From: Nitrosopumilus sp.
Lineage (GTDB): Archaea > Thermoproteota > Nitrososphaeria > Nitrososphaerales > Nitrosopumilaceae
NCBI GenBank assembly: GCA_965219345.1
Contig: OZ244732.1
Coordinates: forward strand, 32,001 to 96,000
Reading direction: 5' to 3'
DNA length: 64,000 nt
This document shows, in pieces, positions 59,201 to 64,000 of the stretch. The notes under the pieces were generated by a model, which saw only the letters and a program-made list of their open reading frames with translations, was not told where the DNA came from and made no database searches. The position numbers and the translations under genes were made by a program. Positions within the stretch are counted from its first letter, which is position 1. Every line of letters starts with the position of its first letter.

Positions 59201-60297
59201 GTGGTTAGTGTGTACTCGTTTATGTCATTGCCGGCATCGCCTACGACAAACATCTTTGTTCCGTCAGTAGAGAAGGCCAGGCCTCGCGGGGCTGTGTCTT
59301 GTGATGCCACTGGGAAAGAGTCGACAAAGGAGGCAGTGGACACGTCAAAGGCGGCGGATAGTGTGTACTCGTTTATGTCATTGCCGGCATCGCCTACGAC
59401 AAACATCTTTGTTCCGTCAGCAGAGAAGGCCAGGCCTCGCGGTATTCCGTCTTGTGATGCCACTGGGAAAGAGTCGACAAAGGAGGCAGTAGATACGTCA
59501 AAGGCGGTAGTTAGCGCGTACTGGTTTACGGCATCGTTATCGCCACTACCAGTACCCACTACAAACATCCTTGTTCCGTCATTAGAGAAGGCCAGGCCGG
59601 TTGGTTCCGAGTCTTGTAGACCTACTGGGAAGGAGCCGTCAAGGGGCGGAAGAGGGATGTCATCTATGCTGCCCGTGGTCTTGGTGTATGCCAGGAGGAT
59701 GGCATCATTGCTGTCAAGCGTATCGTCAAGGGCAAGGGCTACCGTGTTGTTTGTAACAGCGGTGATTCCGGTCACGGCCGGGTCTGTGGATATGGTGCTG
59801 GACAGCACAAAGTCTTCCGGTGCAGCATCGTTTATTGTGACGTTCTCGGACAGTACGATGTCAATTGCCGACATGTTGGAAGTTGCAATGGAGAACACGA
59901 TTGGCGGCGCGTCATCGGTTGTACCGGTAAAGGTCTGGTCTGCTGCCAGGTTGAACGCCGTACCTAACAAAGAGTCAGGTAAAGAGGTGTAGATTATATC
60001 CGGCCTGTCGGATGTTGTGATGCCGGAGACGGTAAGCGTTATGGTGTCTGCCGAACCTCCGGGATCGGTGTTTGCCGACACTTGCCCGACGGAGAGGGCG
60101 AATCCTGCGCCGTCCATGCTGTTGGCGTCTATGTTCTCGCTGTACGTCAGGACTATCTCGGTAGCCGAGGTTACAGAAGCTGCGATGATTGTCGGGTGCT
60201 CCGCCGCATGTGCCGGAACAATGGACAAAGAGGCCAACATCAGCGTGGAAATTAAAATAACAAAGGAAATTCTCTCCATCTCTTTATTTTCACACAC
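41284..60297 (-). CDS. Giant (~6,300 aa) secreted surface protein/adhesin: SwmB-like Ig repeats + ten 5-repeat beta-propeller modules + Gly linker + C-terminal Cys motif; two frameshifts in the repeat array
   Basis: ORFs 45520-60297, 44300-45496 and 41284-44610 are continuous apart from +17 nt (45547-45563) and +1 nt (~44535); signal peptide; PxGLAFSxDGTxMFV repeats; GC clearly above backbone. Confidence 0.85.
43300..46345. repeat. Near-identical ~300-bp tandem units (about 10) arranged as a ~906-bp A-B-C superunit
   Basis: Antisense ORFs and DNA recur at 300/306-bp spacing with near-100% identity. Confidence 0.9.
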
Positions 60298-60342
60298 ACC
60301 CCCCCCCCCCCCGTTATTCTGTTGATGCTCACAAAAAATGGT

Positions 60343-60454
60343 AGTTAATGCTCATATATATAAAATTCCAGCTGACAGGGTTGCCCCAAAGCATGCAACC
60401 TTCACATGACTATGCCAAGTTAATGCTCATATATATAAAATTCCAGCTGACAGG
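60343..60454 (-). promoter_or_regulatory. Duplicated 37-bp TATA-containing element upstream of the giant gene
   Basis: AGTTAATGCTCATATATATAAAATTCCAGCTGACAGG at 60343-60379 and 60418-60454; minus strand contains TTTTATATATAT. Confidence 0.6.
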
Positions 60455-60455
60455 A

Positions 60456-61088
60456 CTGCATGGAAATCAATCTGACCGAAGTTGACAGGATGGCAATGGA
60501 TGCATATCTTGAAAATATCAATATGAATCAAAAACAGACTGGCACATTTGAGACAAAAATTGCTACAATTAGCAACGAGGATGAAAGAACAAGGTTAGTC
60601 ATGACAATCCCTGGAATAAGTTATGTCACGGCACTGACAATAATCTCAGAGATAGTTGACATTAACGGATTTGCAACAGCAGAGAAACTCGTCTCATATG
60701 CGGGACTTGCACCATCGCACAGGGACAGTGGGGAAAACACAAAAAGGAGGCGGAATAACAAAACGGGGTTCTGCATGGTTGCGCAATGCAAGGTAGAGGA
60801 GGCTGCAAATACTACGATACGATTTGATCCAAAGATGGAATCATTTTACTTGAGAATTGCAAAAAGGAGAGGAAAACAAAAGGCAAGGATAGCAACAGCT
60901 GCTGCAAGGCAGATGCCTGAGATAATTGGTACATGCTAACAAACATGGAAGAATACCGCACACAGAATCATGAGCTGACGCAAAGAAAGTATAAGAAGAT
61001 GCAAGACAAATCAGAGATGTCCTGATTCAGCAAAGCACACTGAGAATGGCCCGCAGTAGGATAAGAGACGATTTCGTATGGGAGAACC
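60456..61088 (+). mobile_element. IS110-family 3' half, inverted copy of 38885-39522
   Basis: ORF 60460-60939 nearly identical to 39034-39489; includes YAGLAPS..DSG. Confidence 0.88.
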
Positions 61089-61133
61089 CAATTGTTCAAT
61101 ATCTTTATAAGCAAATTATGCCTATATTTAACC

Positions 61134-61256
61134 ATGTCTGAGATGGTTTGGAAATGTTTTAGATGTAATCTATCATTTAAGGACAAAAATTTGGCCGAAA
61201 TGCATAGAGAAATTTCAAGTCATTCAGTTACAAAAGTCAAGACACTAGTTGCATAA
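61134..61256 (+). CDS. Small C2H2-type zinc-finger protein (40 aa; not in ORF track)
   Basis: MSEMVWKCFRCNLSFKDKNLAEMHREISSHSVTKVKTLVA. Confidence 0.75.
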   Translation: MSEMVWKCFRCNLSFKDKNLAEMHREISSHSVTKVKTLVA

Positions 61257-61300
61257 TTATTAAAAAATTTTTGAACACTTTAGTTTTGATAAAAAGCTAA

Positions 61301-61401
61301 TGCAGAGGGTGGGATTCGAACCCACGAACTCCTAAGAGAAGGGATTTCCTATTTTGAGGATCTTGAGTCCCTCTCGGTTGACCGGGCTTCGATACCTCTG
61401 C
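61301..61401 (-). tRNA. tRNA-Leu(CAA) with 16-nt intron (61346-61361)
   Basis: GCAGAGG/CCTCTGC-A acceptor, AGGGA-CT-CAA-G|A-TCCCT, long variable arm, GGTTCGAATCC. Confidence 0.95.
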
Positions 61402-61522
61402 AATGTCATTGGATAATGACCGATATTTCTCGATTACTAATATGAAAAATTAGAAAAATGATCCATTGTTTTGTAGGTTTTTTAACAAAGCTTATAATTA
61501 TGCGAATTTGATTCAAAAATAC

Positions 61523-61837
61523 ATGTCAGAATTCATACCAATTTCAGAAGCAAAAAAAATGCGAAGTGGAGTTAATGTTAAAGCCGAAGTTAAAAGTAAA
61601 GGAGACCCAAGAACTGTAAATCTCAAAAGTGGTGGAACAATTGATGTCTGCGATGCAGTTATAGCTAATGGTGAAACTGAAGATGACCAAATGAAACTCA
61701 CATTATGGGGTGACGACATCAAAGCAGTAAATATTGGAGATGAAGTTGTCATTACAAATGGATATACCAATGAGTTCAAAGGAGAAGTTTCTTTAACAAA
61801 AGGTAAATTTGGTAAGATGGATGTAAATCCTCAATAA
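61523..61837 (+). CDS. ssb: Single-OB-fold single-stranded DNA-binding protein
   Basis: KLTLWGD, NGYTNEFKGEVSL..GKFG. Confidence 0.88.
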   Translation: MSEFIPISEAKKMRSGVNVKAEVKSKGDPRTVNLKSGGTIDVCDAVIANGETEDDQMKLTLWGDDIKAVNIGDEVVITNGYTNEFKGEVSLTKGKFGKMDVNPQ

Positions 61838-61918
61838 ATCTAAATATTCACAGAATAAATTTTATTTTTCTATATTCTCTAATCATACTAAATCTCTTTA
61901 GAAAATTTATCAAAAAAA

Positions 61919-62956
61919 TTATCGTCTAGATTTCTTTTTAGCTGCTTTCTTCTTTGCTGGTCTCTTTTTAGCTGCTTTCTTCTTTGCTGGTCTCTTTTTA
62001 GCTGCTTTCTTCTTTGCTGGTCTCTTTTTAGCTGCTTTCTTCTTTGCTGGTCTCTTTTTAGCTGCTTTCTTCTTTGCTGGTCTCTTTTTAGCTGCTTTCT
62101 TCTTTGCTGGTCTCTTTTTAGCTGCTTTCTTCTTTGCTGGTCTCTTTTTAGCTGCTTTCTTCTTTGCTGGTCTCTTTTTAGCTGCTTTCTTCTTTGCTGG
62201 TCTCTTTTTAGCTGCTTTCTTCTTTGCTGGTCTCTTTTTAGCTGCTTTCTTCTTTGCTGCAGCACGTTTCTTTGCAGCTGCAACTCTTTTAGCTGCTGCT
62301 CTTTTAGCTGCTTTACGTCTCTTCGCTAAAAGTTCTTGAAATTTTCCAGATACTTTTTCTAATGCTCTTTTAGTAGAATCTTCTGCTTTAGTTCGTCTTT
62401 CTAATTCTTTTACAAACTTTTCAGCAGACTTATGACTAGTTGCCATAGTTTCACGTAAAGATGGTTTTGATTGAGATTGTTTTTGAATTTTTGAAGTGAT
62501 TTTTGATTTAAAATTAGAATATTGAGCAACATCATCTGAAATCTTTTTTGCAGTTTTTTGCCTGCTTTTAATCTCAGAAACTAATTCTTGAACACGGTCA
62601 TTTAAAGATCGTAATCTAGTCTCTGCGTTCTGTTTTTCTTCGGGACCTTCTGAGAACTCTATCTCTTGTTCAGCCTGTTCGATTGCTTCTTTTTCTCGTG
62701 TCAGTCGTTCCTCAGCTGCCGCCACTAGTCTTCCAATGCTTTCTAATTGAGAGGTTTTTCGGGTAAGGATTTCAGATGTATCAGAGACATCTTCACGTTC
62801 AGATTCTATTTTTCTATCTATAGAATTGAGGCCTGAAGAAGAACGCCTTTCAATAGAACGGGTTTCTTTGAGTTCTTTTTCAGCTCTTTTCCTAAGCTTT
62901 GTTGCGTCCTGTTTCTTTTGACGTAGTTGAACTACTAATCTTTCTAATGATGCCAC
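61919..62956 (-). CDS. Coiled-coil protein with histone-H1-like Lys/Ala tail
   Basis: Heptad-rich N-terminus; (KKKAAKKRPA)x10 tail. Confidence 0.85.
   Translation of the reverse strand: MASLERLVVQLRQKKQDATKLRKRAEKELKETRSIERRSSSGLNSIDRKIESEREDVSDTSEILTRKTSQLESIGRLVAAAEERLTREKEAIEQAEQEIEFSEGPEEKQNAETRLRSLNDRVQELVSEIKSRQKTAKKISDDVAQYSNFKSKITSKIQKQSQSKPSLRETMATSHKSAEKFVKELERRTKAEDSTKRALEKVSGKFQELLAKRRKAAKRAAAKRVAAAKKRAAAKKKAAKKRPAKKKAAKKRPAKKKAAKKRPAKKKAAKKRPAKKKAAKKRPAKKKAAKKRPAKKKAAKKRPAKKKAAKKRPAKKKAAKKRPAKKKAAKKRPAKKKAAKKKSRR
61934..62259. repeat. Perfect 30-bp coding tandem repeat (~10.7 copies)
   Basis: TCTTTGCTGGTCTCTTTTTAGCTGCTTTCT repeated identically. Confidence 0.97.
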
Positions 62957-63091
62957 GATTGAATCAAAACAAAAGAGTCGGTTAAATTGTTAATATGATC
63001 AGGATTTGACTTACCAGTTAAGAAAATTAACTAATCATGATCGCTAAAATCATTTTTTAAAAAATATTAGTTAAAAGATTCCATAAAAATT

Positions 63092-63403
63092 ATGGATTTT
63101 CATCCGAAAGATTTGCCAATTTTAAAGACATATGTCCTAAAAGATGAAAAAGACGCATCAGATGCAGTTGAAGATATGGTTAAACTTGGATTCCAAAATA
63201 GAAAAGAGGGATTCAAAGCCTTGATGCCGAAAGAGTCAAAGATTGCAAAAAAAATTGGATATACAGTTACAACAGGGGTAACACAAGGACTAAGACAAAA
63301 AAATGAAATTAGAGATATCAAATATTGGACTTATCACCATGATGAAGATCATTTTGCAATAGTTTTGATAAGTAATACTACTTTAACAGAATTAGGTTTT
63401 TGA
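63092..63403 (+). CDS. Conserved hypothetical protein
   Basis: 103-aa ORF with backbone-like codon usage. Confidence 0.7.
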   Translation: MDFHPKDLPILKTYVLKDEKDASDAVEDMVKLGFQNRKEGFKALMPKESKIAKKIGYTVTTGVTQGLRQKNEIRDIKYWTYHHDEDHFAIVLISNTTLTELGF

Positions 63404-64000
63404 TTTATCGAAAATTTTGTAGAGTTTTGTTCGCTTTGCCATTACTCCAGCAAGCATTATTCCAATAACGGCCCCCCCAATGACATCCATAGGGAAATGT
63501 TGTAAAACATAGATTCTACTAATTGAAATCATTACAGGATAGAGAAGTAACAAATATGCACCTCGAGGGAATCGTTCTGAAAGCGCATAGCCCAAGATTA
63601 TTCCAATTATCATAGCTCTAGCTGCATGGCCAGAAGGGTATGATGCATTATACCCACCCTCACAAAATAATGCATATGTATCACGGCTAATTTCGACGGG
63701 GAACGGTGAACCCTCATAATCGAAATCGGGTCTATCCCTATCAACTCCACATTTGATGTATCCTGTTAGTAGTGTCGAAATTACAATCAGAATCATCAGA
63801 GTGATTCCTATTCTACGGGTTTTTGGAATAATTAACATCAGAATTCCAAATGCCATCATCCACAAAACCTCACCACTTTCTGTGATATACTGCATTATGG
63901 TGTCTAATGTTGCATTTCCAACATTCTGTGAAAAAAATGAAACAGTACTTTGATCAAAACTTTCAGTCACTCCATAGTATACAAGAGCAGTAAGAATGAG
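63392..64000 (-). CDS. PAP2-family membrane phosphatase (5' end beyond window)
   Basis: K..VDRDRP, SYPSGH, SRIYVLQHFPMDV. Confidence 0.9.
   Translation of the reverse strand, partial: LILTALVYYGVTESFDQSTVSFFSQNVGNATLDTIMQYITESGEVLWMMAFGILMLIIPKTRRIGITLMILIVISTLLTGYIKCGVDRDRPDFDYEGSPFPVEISRDTYALFCEGGYNASYPSGHAARAMIIGIILGYALSERFPRGAYLLLLYPVMISISRIYVLQHFPMDVIGGAVIGIMLAGVMAKRTKLYKIFDKSKT

Larger units (their letters stand above)
38885..61088. mobile_element. Putative 22.2-kb composite transposon carrying a giant surface-protein gene
   Basis: ~635-bp inverted repeats (38885-39522 / 60456-61088) starting GGTTCTCCCATACG; exact 8-bp direct repeat CAATTGTT at 38877-38884 and 61089-61096. Confidence 0.7.

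Noticed and set aside
41372-60325. Many long plus-strand ORFs opposite the giant gene
   Set aside because: Antisense shadows of a repetitive, GC-rich coding sequence.
61888-62283. ORF with QQRRKQLKRD repeats
   Set aside because: Alternate frame of the 30-bp repeat inside the 345-aa gene.

Overview
AT-rich archaeal chromosome segment of the Nitrosopumilaceae (Thaumarchaeota). It is probably from a host-associated lineage such as a sponge symbiont; this is inferred from giant repeat proteins, IS load and gene decay. The housekeeping backbone includes rps24e/rps27ae, pus10, srp54, dph6, eIF5A, eIF1A, csp, scpAB, rps8e, srp19, gar1, tfb, sufC, ahbAB/sirC/hemA/hemB, ssb, intron-containing tRNA-Tyr and tRNA-Leu, and a C/D box sRNA. 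Three accessory blocks interrupt it. (1) 1.5-5.8 kb: a frameshifted multidomain S1 protease, a partner gene and a MITE. (2) 13.8-25.3 kb: an IS481-interrupted M12/HYR/FG-GAP/RTX protease, a PepSY-like partner, a second IS481, an IS5 remnant, two MITEs and scrambled gene fragments. (3) 38885-61088: a 22.2-kb unit bounded by ~635-bp inverted IS110 3' halves and an exact 8-bp direct repeat (CAATTGTT). It carries a GC-rich ~6,300-aa SwmB/beta-propeller surface protein, a pseudo-tRNA and a 20-copy octamer microsatellite. Remnants of ureD, an Lrp regulator, a pentameric ion channel and DUF167 indicate ongoing decay. All calls are by eye; no searches were run.
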